A stretch of 64,000 nt of DNA from an uncultured Bacteroidales bacterium (lineage in GTDB: Bacteria; Bacteroidota; Bacteroidia; Bacteroidales; GWA2-32-17), in contig CAYSIN010000001.1 in the NCBI GenBank assembly GCA_964431135.1, positions 5,096 through 69,095 on the forward strand. Reading direction: 5' to 3'. Position 1 is the first letter of the stretch, and each line of letters opens with the position of its first letter. Below the pieces are notes generated by a model, which did no database searches, was not told where the DNA came from, and saw only the letters and a list, made by a program, of their open reading frames with translations. The translations under genes were made by a program, and so were the position numbers. This document shows, in pieces, positions 29,332 to 37,740 of this stretch.

Positions 29332-29892
29332 TTATTTTTCTAACGTTAAACAAATTTTCAATCCAGTTGAAACCGCTGAGCGTTGTGCAAGCATAAACAG
29401 CGTAGGTTGTACCTTCATGCTCAGGTTATCGCTCACGTCAAAATCTATCAAATATGCATCTACAGTGGCATCAATAATGTTGAGCACATAAATACCTGCT
29501 GTTAAAATCAAACACAAATCTCTGTTTTTGCGGTAATGTTCCTTTTCGGCTTGAAGCCCTGTAAGAGTAAAGGACGTATTATACATGTAGTAATATCCGT
29601 TTGGGTCTGTGCTATAAAGTTCTTTATAGGCATTTTTAAAATTTTTATAGTATGAATTATTTTGAATGCTCATATATATCAATGTTCCCGATGCAACATA
29701 TATGATAGGTATTTTCCAGTATTTCTTATTGTAAGCCTGTCCCAAGCCTGGAAGTACTGCCGACATGGCTGTTGCCAATTTAGGCGAATGCTTAGGCTTC
29801 AAACTGTCTGCCTTTTCTTGTGATATACCATCCAATACACATAGAAAGCAGAAGAAAAATAGGATTATCTTATGAGCAAAATGCATATACAT
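29332..29892 (-). CDS. Small membrane protein, DUF5683-like
   Basis: Motif SAVLPGLGQAYNKKYWKIPIIY. Start moved from 29961 to ATG 29892 (or 29886), because a TACCTTTG box and a degenerate repeat lie inside the longer version. Confidence 0.55.
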   Translation of the reverse strand: MYMHFAHKIILFFFCFLCVLDGISQEKADSLKPKHSPKLATAMSAVLPGLGQAYNKKYWKIPIIYVASGTLIYMSIQNNSYYKNFKNAYKELYSTDPNGYYYMYNTSFTLTGLQAEKEHYRKNRDLCLILTAGIYVLNIIDATVDAYLIDFDVSDNLSMKVQPTLFMLAQRSAVSTGLKICLTLEK

Positions 29893-29912
29893 GCCTCTCT
29901 TCAATAAAAACA

Positions 29913-29920
29913 CAAAGGTA
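29913..29920 (-). promoter_or_regulatory. Candidate -7 box (TACCTTTG) heading the DUF5683-MltD-SGNH-SGNH-MBOAT unit
   Basis: Reverse complement TACCTTTG, 20 nt upstream of ATG 29892. Confidence 0.4.
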
Positions 29921-29940
29921 TGAATTTTACACGAATAATT

Positions 29941-30132
29941 CATCTCGTTAAAAAAACTCATTGAGGAATTTGATGAGATTTTCTTTGCGTTTTGCGTTTG
30001 CGAACTTAGCGGTTATATAAAAACATTATCTTTAAGTACTTTTTTTACATTATTTTTTTACTTTTACAACAAATTTTGAAAGTGAAAAAATATTTTCTTT
30101 TTATAGGTTTTATCTTGTTAGCAAGTCGGTAT
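29941..30132. repeat. Intergenic repeat island (degenerate modules)
   Basis: Degenerate hairpin module CATCTCGTTAAAAAAACTCATTGAGGAATTTGATGAGAT (29941-29979). TCTTTGCGT-rich module (29981-30016, related to 58484-58524). Solo terminus GTTAGCAAGTCGGTAT (30117-30132). Confidence 0.4.
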
Positions 30133-30218
30133 CAAATGTAGATGGGGAAACACGAACAAACAGATGATATTACCATTTTGGGGCTCAAATTTTAATTCAT
30201 TGGTACTAAAAAAAACAC

Positions 30219-30226
30219 TACCTTTG
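30219..30226 (+). promoter_or_regulatory. Candidate -7 box (TACCTTTG) for dxs
   Basis: 16 nt upstream of ATG 30243. Confidence 0.45.
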
Positions 30227-30242
30227 CAAGTTAATATAAGGG

Positions 30243-32141
30243 ATGACTAAGAACGAATATAGTATATTATCAACCATTAATTCTCCCGCTGACATTAAAA
30301 AATTAAGCCAACAAGATTTATTGACGTTGGCAAAAGATGTTCGCAAATATATCATTGATGTTATTTCAAGTCATCCCGGACATTTAGGTGCCAGCCTAGG
30401 TGTAGTAGAGTTAACCATTGCATTGCATTATGTTTTTAATACACCCTATGACCGCATTATTTGGGATGTAGGGCATCAATCTTATGCGCATAAAATATTG
30501 ACGGGACGACGTGACAATTTTGATACGCTTCGTAAAAAGGGCGGCATTAGTGGTTTTCCAACACCCAAAGAAAGCGAATACGATGCGTTTGGCGTAGGAC
30601 ACTCATCTACTTCGGTATCGGCAGCCTTGGGTATGGCTATCGCCGATAAACTTCAACATGTTACTGACAGAAACATTATTGCCGTTATAGGTGATGGTAG
30701 CATGACGGCAGGTATGGCATTTGAAGCTATTAACAATGCCGGCGTTTCCAAAGCCAATATTATTGTTGTATTAAACGACAACAAGATGTCGATTAATCCA
30801 AATGTGGGCGCTATCAGTGAATACCTGCTTGATATAGCGACTTCCAAAACATACAATAAGGTGAAGGATGAAGTATGGCGTTTTTTGGACCGTATGGAAA
30901 TAGCACAAAAAGCAGTACAGAAAGTAGATAATGCCATAAAAAGTATGGTACTTCATCACAGCAATTTATTCGAAGCATTGGGTTTTAGATATTTTGGACC
31001 AACCGATGGGCACGATTTGCTTTATTTGACCAAAGTACTTGAAGATTTAAAAAAATTTCCTGGTCCAAAGTTGTTGCACATTATTACACAAAAAGGAAAG
31101 GGATTTAAACAGGCAGAACTCGACCAGATTACGTTTCATGCACCCGGAAAATTTGACCGAGAAACAGGAGAAATTATCATTGAAAAAAAAGAAAATGAAA
31201 CATATCCATTGTATCAAGATGTATTTGGATATACTTTAACCGAACTGGCACAAAGCAATGATAAAATTGTCGGTATAACTCCAGCCATGCTAACGGGCTG
31301 TTCGATGAATATTTTTAAACAACATTTTCCCGAACGAACGTTTGATGTGGGAATAGCCGAACAACATGCCGTTACTTTTTCTGCTGGCTTAGCAAAAGCC
31401 GGTATGAAGCCTTTTTGTAATATTTATTCTTCATTCATGCAACGTGCCTACGACCAAACAATTCACGATGTTGCCATTCAAAATCTACCTGTGGTTTTCT
31501 GTCTTGACCGCAGCGGATTGGTGGGTGAAGATGGCATTACTCATCAAGGGATTTATGATTTGGCATATTTACGATGTATTCCCAATCTTATTATCTCAGC
31601 ACCTAAAGATGAAATTGAACTTCGAAATTTGATGTTTACGGCGGCAAATTTCCCATCTCCGTTTGTCATTCGCTATCCACGCGGAAAAGGTATTCATTCA
31701 CGCTGGCAACTACCTTTTGAAACTATTTCGGTTGGAAAGGGAGAAAAAATTTTAGACGGAAAGGATGTCGCTGTGTTAGCCATTGGATTGCCTGTAAACT
31801 TTGCATTAAAGGCTGCAACAATACTTCACGATAAAGGAATCAACATTGGTCTTTACAATATGCGATTTGTCAAACCATTGGACAATGAATTATTGCATGA
31901 AGCCTGTCAACATTATCAGTATTTAATTACGGTTGAAGATGGGGTATTGGCAGGTGGTTTTGGCAGTGCCGTCCTGGAATTTATGCAAAATCATCATTAT
32001 TTTAATCCTGTTGTACGATTAGGTATTCCTGATAAGTTTATTGAACATGCATCACAATCGGAACAATATGAAGAATGCAACATCGATGCGAATACTATTG
32101 CTAACACCGTTGAAAAATTGATTTCATCCAATACCAAATAG
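30243..32141 (+). CDS. dxs: 1-deoxy-D-xylulose-5-phosphate synthase
   Basis: 632 aa. GHLGASLGVVELTIALHYVFNTPYDRIIWDVGHQSYAHKILTGRR and the TPP-binding GDGSMTAGMAFEALN region. Confidence 0.95.
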   Translation: MTKNEYSILSTINSPADIKKLSQQDLLTLAKDVRKYIIDVISSHPGHLGASLGVVELTIALHYVFNTPYDRIIWDVGHQSYAHKILTGRRDNFDTLRKKGGISGFPTPKESEYDAFGVGHSSTSVSAALGMAIADKLQHVTDRNIIAVIGDGSMTAGMAFEAINNAGVSKANIIVVLNDNKMSINPNVGAISEYLLDIATSKTYNKVKDEVWRFLDRMEIAQKAVQKVDNAIKSMVLHHSNLFEALGFRYFGPTDGHDLLYLTKVLEDLKKFPGPKLLHIITQKGKGFKQAELDQITFHAPGKFDRETGEIIIEKKENETYPLYQDVFGYTLTELAQSNDKIVGITPAMLTGCSMNIFKQHFPERTFDVGIAEQHAVTFSAGLAKAGMKPFCNIYSSFMQRAYDQTIHDVAIQNLPVVFCLDRSGLVGEDGITHQGIYDLAYLRCIPNLIISAPKDEIELRNLMFTAANFPSPFVIRYPRGKGIHSRWQLPFETISVGKGEKILDGKDVAVLAIGLPVNFALKAATILHDKGINIGLYNMRFVKPLDNELLHEACQHYQYLITVEDGVLAGGFGSAVLEFMQNHHYFNPVVRLGIPDKFIEHASQSEQYEECNIDANTIANTVEKLISSNTK

Positions 32142-32234
32142 TAATAACAAATTTTGATTTCTGGTTTTGGTACAAAAAAAATGATTTGGTGAAACGTTTA
32201 AACATAAATGTTAGTAGGTTTTTAAAAACATCTG

Positions 32235-32487
32235 ATACCAGACCGCTAACAAAAGAATGAAATGAATTTTGTCCCGTCAAAAACTCTTGTTAGAGTTTGA
32301 CGGGATGCCGACAGACTAACCGTTTAACCCCGACTTAGATAAAGTTATATTTTTAGAGCAAAGAGAATAAAAATATTACCTTATCTTTGTCGCCTATGTA
32401 ATTCATGAAACTAAGTTTTATGAATTATTCGGGTTTAAAACAAAAGCGAAGCGAATTGTTTTAATGAACTGGTTAGCAATTCGGTAT
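32235..32487. repeat. Composite intergenic repeat island between convergent genes
   Basis: Terminus + interior ATACCAGACCGCTAACAAAAGAATGAAATGAATTTT (32235-32270). Hairpin module + GCCGACAGACTAACCGTTT (32271-32325). 110-bp insert (32326-32435). AAAACAAAAGCGAAGCGAATTGTTTTAATGAACTGGTTAGCAATTCGGTAT (32436-32487). Confidence 0.65.
32326..32435. mobile_element. 110-bp insertion with inverted ends nested in the composite repeat
   Basis: Absent from the otherwise collinear copy at 37322-37426. Ends AACCCCGA... / ...TTCGGGTT. Internal hairpin 32400-32426. TATCTTTG box 32382-32389. Confidence 0.45.
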
Positions 32488-32496
32488 AAAATTTTC

Positions 32497-33600
32497 CTAT
32501 TTTTTTTTATCCTGAGGAATAAAAAGATTCATTTTACAAAGTGAAATGCTGTCAAAATACAAGTTAAGACTGCCTTTTTTAAACGAAACCTGTTCCAATT
32601 TTACATGGCAACGTTGTTCATGAATATAAAGGCTTACCAATCCTTGTTTTGCTTCGATAAGATTTTCTTCCTCTTCATATAAGGTAATTAATTCTTCTGG
32701 CGATGGAATGGTGAGATTATCTTCTATAAAAAATATCTTTAATAGTTGATTGGAAGGTTCAATAGAGGTCGTATAAAAACTTTCTCGCTGCAGATAAGGT
32801 AAAAATATTTTACCATAAACATATTGACCAATGCCAACCTGTTTAAATATATAAAGTGTATCGTTTTGATAAAAGGCTTTTTCATTATAAGCAGCAGGAG
32901 CGGTTTCGCACGATTGAATTAAATTATTTGCCTGTTCGTGTATCAGTTTCTCGTGAATAGCAACGAGTGAACGTTGAGAGGCAGTATCTATTACGCCCGC
33001 AGTCGTTATGGTTTTGACAGGGGAGTGTTTAAATTTCTTTCTGTTTTTGAATGCCGTATGCAAGGCATAAAGATTAACTCCAATGCCAAAGTTGGGCAAA
33101 ATATACCAGTCTTTGTTATAACAGGGATGCGTACTTTTATTAAAAATCAACATGCCAGGGTCTATGGAAACTCCCAGTTCGACATTAAACAATTCTTCCC
33201 GTATCTCCAGTCCTAAAAGAAAGGCTGTACCATATACGGTTGAATGATAAGAATCAGTGCCGATATCGGGATGATAATAATTATTAAGCCATCCGGTGTA
33301 TATGCCACTGTATAATTGCCAACTTCCCTGTTTGCGAAAGTAATAATATCGTAAACATGCACCCGTATTATATGATGCATCCACATCATGGTCGTAAATA
33401 TATTGTGACCCCTGATATCCGCCATCCAGGGCTATACTGAAATGATTCCTTCGATATTCAACATTAACGCCCCAACCCCCGTAAACAATACCCTGCCCAA
33501 TTTTTACATTAACATAACGGTTATATAAAAATTGAGCCTCGCTCTTCGTTATCATTCCGAAAAACAATACTATAAAAATTTGTATTATCTTTTTTTTCAT
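32497..33600 (-). CDS. Secreted protein of unknown function (Tyr/Gly-rich beta-barrel-like N-half plus unknown C-half)
   Basis: 367 aa with a signal peptide (MKKKIIQIFIVLFFGMITKSEA). Alternating aromatic/Gly strands in residues ~25-190. Its start overlaps the kinase stop (ATGA). Confidence 0.6.
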   Translation of the reverse strand: MKKKIIQIFIVLFFGMITKSEAQFLYNRYVNVKIGQGIVYGGWGVNVEYRRNHFSIALDGGYQGSQYIYDHDVDASYNTGACLRYYYFRKQGSWQLYSGIYTGWLNNYYHPDIGTDSYHSTVYGTAFLLGLEIREELFNVELGVSIDPGMLIFNKSTHPCYNKDWYILPNFGIGVNLYALHTAFKNRKKFKHSPVKTITTAGVIDTASQRSLVAIHEKLIHEQANNLIQSCETAPAAYNEKAFYQNDTLYIFKQVGIGQYVYGKIFLPYLQRESFYTTSIEPSNQLLKIFFIEDNLTIPSPEELITLYEEEENLIEAKQGLVSLYIHEQRCHVKLEQVSFKKGSLNLYFDSISLCKMNLFIPQDKKK

Positions 33601-35048
33601 GCAGGCAATAAATAATGTTTGACAGGAATATCTATTCTTAAAGAAATACCTTTACTTAAACGTTCAAAAATAATACTTCCACCCAAACTTTTTATGCGAA
33701 TATTCATTAAAAATAAGCCTTGCTGAGTTGCATTTTCTTTTGGTACAAGAATGGCTTCATAATCAAAACCTTTGCCATCATCACGATAAGAAATTGTAAA
33801 ATAATTTTCTTTTTCTGTAATATGAATAACAACTTGTTGAGCATCGGCATGTTTTAAACTGTTATGTACAAGTTCGGTAACCGTTCGGTAAGCAATGTTT
33901 TCCAATACCGGGTTAAAACGTTCATGTAAAAGCAAAATAGTAAATTTTAATTCCGGTTTCTCTAATTTGGAAAAACGTTCCTGAAGTTTTAAAAAGGCTT
34001 TTTCCAAGCCGTATTCTGATAAAACATTGCTGGAAGATATATTGGACAACTGACGAATACACTGAATGGAATCTTCAATCAACATTCGCGATTCGTTGAT
34101 TAATTCATTTTTTTCCGACATTGTTTTGGTAGGATGTACAGCCATTTCCAAATATCTGTTTGCTGTTGTGAGTGTAGGTGCAACAACATCGTGCAAATGT
34201 TCGGAAATTCTTGTACGTTCTTTTTCTTCGGTAACAGTAGCAATAGTTAAAAATTCACGTTGAAGTTGTTTATAATTGGTTATATCTCTCATAGTGATGA
34301 CTGCATAATGCTGTTCATCGCTCTTAATTATTTTAGCATTGATTTGGCAGGTTCTATAAATGTTTTTTGCCTTATGGCATATATCTATTTCAAAATCGGT
34401 AATGTATTTTTCTTTAACAAGTTTGTGAAAGGCTATTTTTAAAAGATGACGATTCGTTTCTAAATTGAAAATGGTTTTTCCTATTATTTTCTCCGGTGAA
34501 ATCTGTAAAAGTGATTCTATGGCAGGGCTTATTTCAATAATACGAAAGCGAGAATCAAGTATAGCAAAAACATCTTGCATGTTTTCAAAAATCAAGCGAA
34601 ACTTTTTTTCGTTTTGAGCAATAATTTGTTGCTGAAGTTCAATTTGCATCTGATAGTTGAAGTTTATAATCGTCTTTTCTATCGAAGGTTTCAGATTGGC
34701 AAGAAAATTTGAATCCTTTATGAGGTAATCGCTAACACCCAACCTCAGAAAATTAATTGCCACTTCTTCACTTCCTTCACCCGTAATCACTATAAATGGA
34801 ATATTTTTTTTAGTTTGATGTACTCGTTTTACAAGTTCTATTCCGTTGATGTCGGGAAGTTCAAAGTCGATAATGACTAACAGCGAATCGGTGCTCTTCA
34901 AAATATAGGGCAGTGCATTATTTCCATTGATAAAATTTTCAACAAGAAACCCCATGCTGTCAATTTTTTGTTTCAGCAATTCGCTTAATGCAAAATCATC
35001 TTCTATAATAACAATGGTTTCTATATTTTTTTGATTATTTTTAGCCAT
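33597..35048 (-). CDS. Cytoplasmic hybrid sensor: receiver (REC) + PAS + HisKA_3/HATPase histidine kinase
   Basis: 483 aa with no TM segment. REC (IVIIEDDFALS...VIIDFELPDINGIEL...VITGEG). PAS-like middle. H-box ERTRISEHLHDVVAPTL (NarX/DegS-type HisKA_3). ATPase motifs HNSLKHA, DDGKGF, GLFLMNIRIKSLGG. Confidence 0.82.
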   Translation of the reverse strand: MAKNNQKNIETIVIIEDDFALSELLKQKIDSMGFLVENFINGNNALPYILKSTDSLLVIIDFELPDINGIELVKRVHQTKKNIPFIVITGEGSEEVAINFLRLGVSDYLIKDSNFLANLKPSIEKTIINFNYQMQIELQQQIIAQNEKKFRLIFENMQDVFAILDSRFRIIEISPAIESLLQISPEKIIGKTIFNLETNRHLLKIAFHKLVKEKYITDFEIDICHKAKNIYRTCQINAKIIKSDEQHYAVITMRDITNYKQLQREFLTIATVTEEKERTRISEHLHDVVAPTLTTANRYLEMAVHPTKTMSEKNELINESRMLIEDSIQCIRQLSNISSSNVLSEYGLEKAFLKLQERFSKLEKPELKFTILLLHERFNPVLENIAYRTVTELVHNSLKHADAQQVVIHITEKENYFTISYRDDGKGFDYEAILVPKENATQQGLFLMNIRIKSLGGSIIFERLSKGISLRIDIPVKHYLLPA

Positions 35049-35051
35049 GAT

Positions 35052-36296
35052 TTATTCTTTTTCTTTCCAAATATAAACTTTATCGTTTCGGCGTACTACT
35101 GTATTTACAGGAAAACTAATCAAGGATTTTTTTTCGGCACGTATTACCTTTTTATCCTCTATTCTTATTTCCGAGACCATATTTTCAACAACACCCGTTG
35201 TAGGTCCAATGATGAGTATGGATTGACCTACTGAAAGTTCACACGCTTCCATCCACATTTCGGCGATACCTGTTTTTTTGAAATAGTTGGTTATCTTGCC
35301 TGCATATATTTTCTGTTTGGTCGCATTGCTTCCATAAGTTGAACTCCACTCACCCAATTTGGCACCCATATAATAGCCTTCCCAAAAGCCACGATTATAC
35401 ACCTGTTTTAGACGATGTATCCACTCGCTAATTTTCTCTTCATTGTACGTGTGATTCTGACAGGCATCTACTGCTTCGTGATAGCATTGTGTAACTGTTT
35501 TAACGTATTCTGGAGAACGTGCCCTGCCTTCAATCTTTAAAACACTCACTCCTGCGTTCAAAATTGGAGCAAGAATATGAATAGTGCATAAATCTTTGGG
35601 CGACATGATATATTCGTTTTCAATATCAAGTTGATGACCTGTTTCTTTATCGGCAACCGTGTATGAGCGACGACAATTCTGAAGGCAACTACCTCTGTTG
35701 GCGGAATGATTGTTTTCGTGCAAACTCAAATAGCATTTCCCACTTATAGACATGCAAAGAGCACCATGAACAAAAAGTTCTATGCGTACTGGTTTGCCAT
35801 TGGGTCCGCAAATTTGCTGTTCCGTTATTTGTTGACAAATCCGGAATGTCTGTTCTAGTGTCAATTCCCTTGCAAGAACCATAACATCACAATAAGTTGA
35901 AAAAAAACGTACGGCTTCAAGGTTACTGATATTGAGTTGCGTTGATGCATGCACTTCCATTGAAATACTTCGTGCATAGTCCAAAACCGCTATGTCCGTA
36001 ACAATAATAGCATCTATACCTACCTCTTTAGCCGTATTGACTAATTGTTTCATTTCTTCGATTTCATTATCATAAATAACGGTGTTTACTGTCAAATATG
36101 CCCTGACATGATGCTGACGACAAAGCGAGACAATTTGTTTTAAATCATCCATAGTAAAATTCAGGGTGGACGCAGCACGCATGTTCAATTTCCCCACACC
36201 AAAATATACCGATTGTGCTCCTCCCTGAATGGCAGCCATAAGCGTTTCATAAGAACCAACAGGAGACATGATTTCTATGGGCTGTATAGCGGTCAT
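35052..36296 (-). CDS. Peptidase U32 family protein (collagenase-like; family now linked to O2-independent RNA/quinone hydroxylation)
   Basis: 414 aa. Matches the U32 signature E-x-F-x2-G-[SA]-[LIVM]-C-x4-G-x-C-x-[LIVM]-S as ELFVHGALCMSISGKCYLS. Further Cys residues in NRGSCLQNCRR. Confidence 0.88.
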   Translation of the reverse strand: MTAIQPIEIMSPVGSYETLMAAIQGGAQSVYFGVGKLNMRAASTLNFTMDDLKQIVSLCRQHHVRAYLTVNTVIYDNEIEEMKQLVNTAKEVGIDAIIVTDIAVLDYARSISMEVHASTQLNISNLEAVRFFSTYCDVMVLARELTLEQTFRICQQITEQQICGPNGKPVRIELFVHGALCMSISGKCYLSLHENNHSANRGSCLQNCRRSYTVADKETGHQLDIENEYIMSPKDLCTIHILAPILNAGVSVLKIEGRARSPEYVKTVTQCYHEAVDACQNHTYNEEKISEWIHRLKQVYNRGFWEGYYMGAKLGEWSSTYGSNATKQKIYAGKITNYFKKTGIAEMWMEACELSVGQSILIIGPTTGVVENMVSEIRIEDKKVIRAEKKSLISFPVNTVVRRNDKVYIWKEKE

Positions 36297-37276
36297 AAGA
36301 ATTTTCTAATTTGACTTATAATTTCATCTGCATGTTGAAGGTTCATACATTGGAAATGTTTTTTTGGACAGCGTTCATATCCTAATTTGCTGCATGGACG
36401 ACAAGATAGATTTTTTACTTCGTGAATGGAATAGTTTGCTGCATCGGTATAGGGATACATGCCAAATTCAGGAATAGTATTCCCCCATACAGACACAATT
36501 TTTTTATGAAATGCTGCAGCAACATGCATCATGCCTGTATCAGGAGTTAATATAACGGTTGCCTTTTTTATTAAGGATGCCGATTGCATAATGGAATATT
36601 TGCCACACGCATTAAACAGGTCATCCCTGTTACTTTTACCTATGACCGATTCGGCCATGGCATAATCATTTTTATCACCTATAAATAGAACAGGCACCTT
36701 TATTTCTGCTATTATTTTGGATAATAATGTTTCTGGAATTTGTTTCGTATTATGCCTGGCACCTGTTACCACTGCCATAAAGCCATGCGCTAAAAACGAC
36801 GGTAATGTATTCAGTTCTATTTCATCTGAGGGTGATAGGTACAATTCCAAGCCTTTTCCGTCATTGTGTACATCAAAAAGTTTAACGGTCTCAAAATAAC
36901 GTTCTACAATATGAATCGAAGGCAATTTGTTAATTTTAAAATGAACCATCCATGCTTTCTGGATATTCAATTTAGGAAATGCAAATGCCAGCAGATGTGT
37001 TTTGTGCTTAATAATCGATGTCCGTAAATTGTGATGCAAGTCAATAATATAATCATAATGATTTGCCTTAATCTCTTGAATAGTATCGTTCAATTTAGTT
37101 TGAAGCAATAATAATGAATCTATATATGGATTATTCTGAAGCAAGGGTGCATACGCTGGTTTTGTCAAATAATGAACTTCAGAATCTTCCACCTGTTCTT
37201 TTAAACAACGAACAACAGGAGTAGTTAATACTATATCGCCTATGGAACTAAATCGAATGATTAAAAATTTTACCAC
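36293..37276 (-). CDS. Glycosyltransferase family 9 (heptosyltransferase-like)
   Basis: 327 aa. N-terminus (M)VKFLIIRFSSIGDIVLTTPVVRCLK is typical of GT9. GTG start at 37276. Its stop overlaps the U32 start (ATGA). Confidence 0.8.
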   Translation of the reverse strand: MVKFLIIRFSSIGDIVLTTPVVRCLKEQVEDSEVHYLTKPAYAPLLQNNPYIDSLLLLQTKLNDTIQEIKANHYDYIIDLHHNLRTSIIKHKTHLLAFAFPKLNIQKAWMVHFKINKLPSIHIVERYFETVKLFDVHNDGKGLELYLSPSDEIELNTLPSFLAHGFMAVVTGARHNTKQIPETLLSKIIAEIKVPVLFIGDKNDYAMAESVIGKSNRDDLFNACGKYSIMQSASLIKKATVILTPDTGMMHVAAAFHKKIVSVWGNTIPEFGMYPYTDAANYSIHEVKNLSCRPCSKLGYERCPKKHFQCMNLQHADEIISQIRKFL

Positions 37277-37298
37277 ACTCCTTTTATTAATTTTGATA

Positions 37299-37306
37299 CA
37301 AATGTA
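37299..37306 (-). promoter_or_regulatory. Candidate -7 box (TACATTTG) for the GT9-U32-kinase-unknown unit
   Basis: Reverse complement TACATTTG, 22 nt upstream of GTG 37276. Confidence 0.35.
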
Positions 37307-37321
37307 AGAACAAATGTGGAA

Positions 37322-37528
37322 ATCTCGTCAAACACAAAAAAGAGTTTGACGAGATGCCGACAGATTAACCGTTTTAAAACAAAAGCGAAGCGAATGGTTT
37401 TAATGAACTTGATAGCAAGTTGGTATTATCAAATTATATTAGGTATAAACCGAATTGAAATGCTTTACCAATTAAACATTTTTGAATGCATATCGGTATA
37501 AATTATTTTTTTGTTAGCGGTTTGGTAT
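37322..37528. repeat. Composite intergenic repeat island
   Basis: 12-bp perfect hairpin ATCTCGTCAAAC/GTTTGACGAGAT + GCCGACAGATTAACCGTTTT (37322-37375), fused to AAAACAAAAGCGAAGCGAATGGTTTTAATGAACTTGATAGCAAGTTGGTAT (37376-37426, followed by TA). Solo terminus GTTAGCGGTTTGGTAT (37513-37528). Confidence 0.65.
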
Positions 37529-37547
37529 AAAAAGTTTTTTGTCAACT

Positions 37548-37583
37548 TATATTTGCTTTTTATCAAACAGAGTATTACCTTTG
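37548..37583 (+). promoter_or_regulatory. Two tandem candidate -7 boxes (TATATTTG 37548-37555; TACCTTTG 37576-37583)
   Basis: Both match TAnnTTTG. They lie 185 and 157 nt upstream of ATG 37741, implying a long leader. Confidence 0.35.
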
Positions 37584-37740
37584 TCAAAAAAGGGATTATA
37601 CAGGAAACTAAAAAAGTAAATATACGTTTAATTGAAAAAAAAAGGTTATGAAACGAATATTAACGACATTGAATTTAATTGGACTTGTATCAATAAATAG
37701 AAAAAATGAAATTTTAGATATAACTTATTAAAAAAATAAA

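Noticed and set aside
37316-37501. Track ORF 37316-37501 (61 aa)
   Set aside because: It lies entirely within the composite repeat island. The same DNA modules occur at 32.3 and 58.3 kb in other frames and contexts.
37277-37740. Invertible (phase-variable) promoter upstream of the surface protein gene, as seen in Bacteroides
   Set aside because: The two promoter boxes are not bracketed by a matching inverted-repeat pair (only direct TTGTCAA repeats), and no site-specific recombinase gene is nearby.
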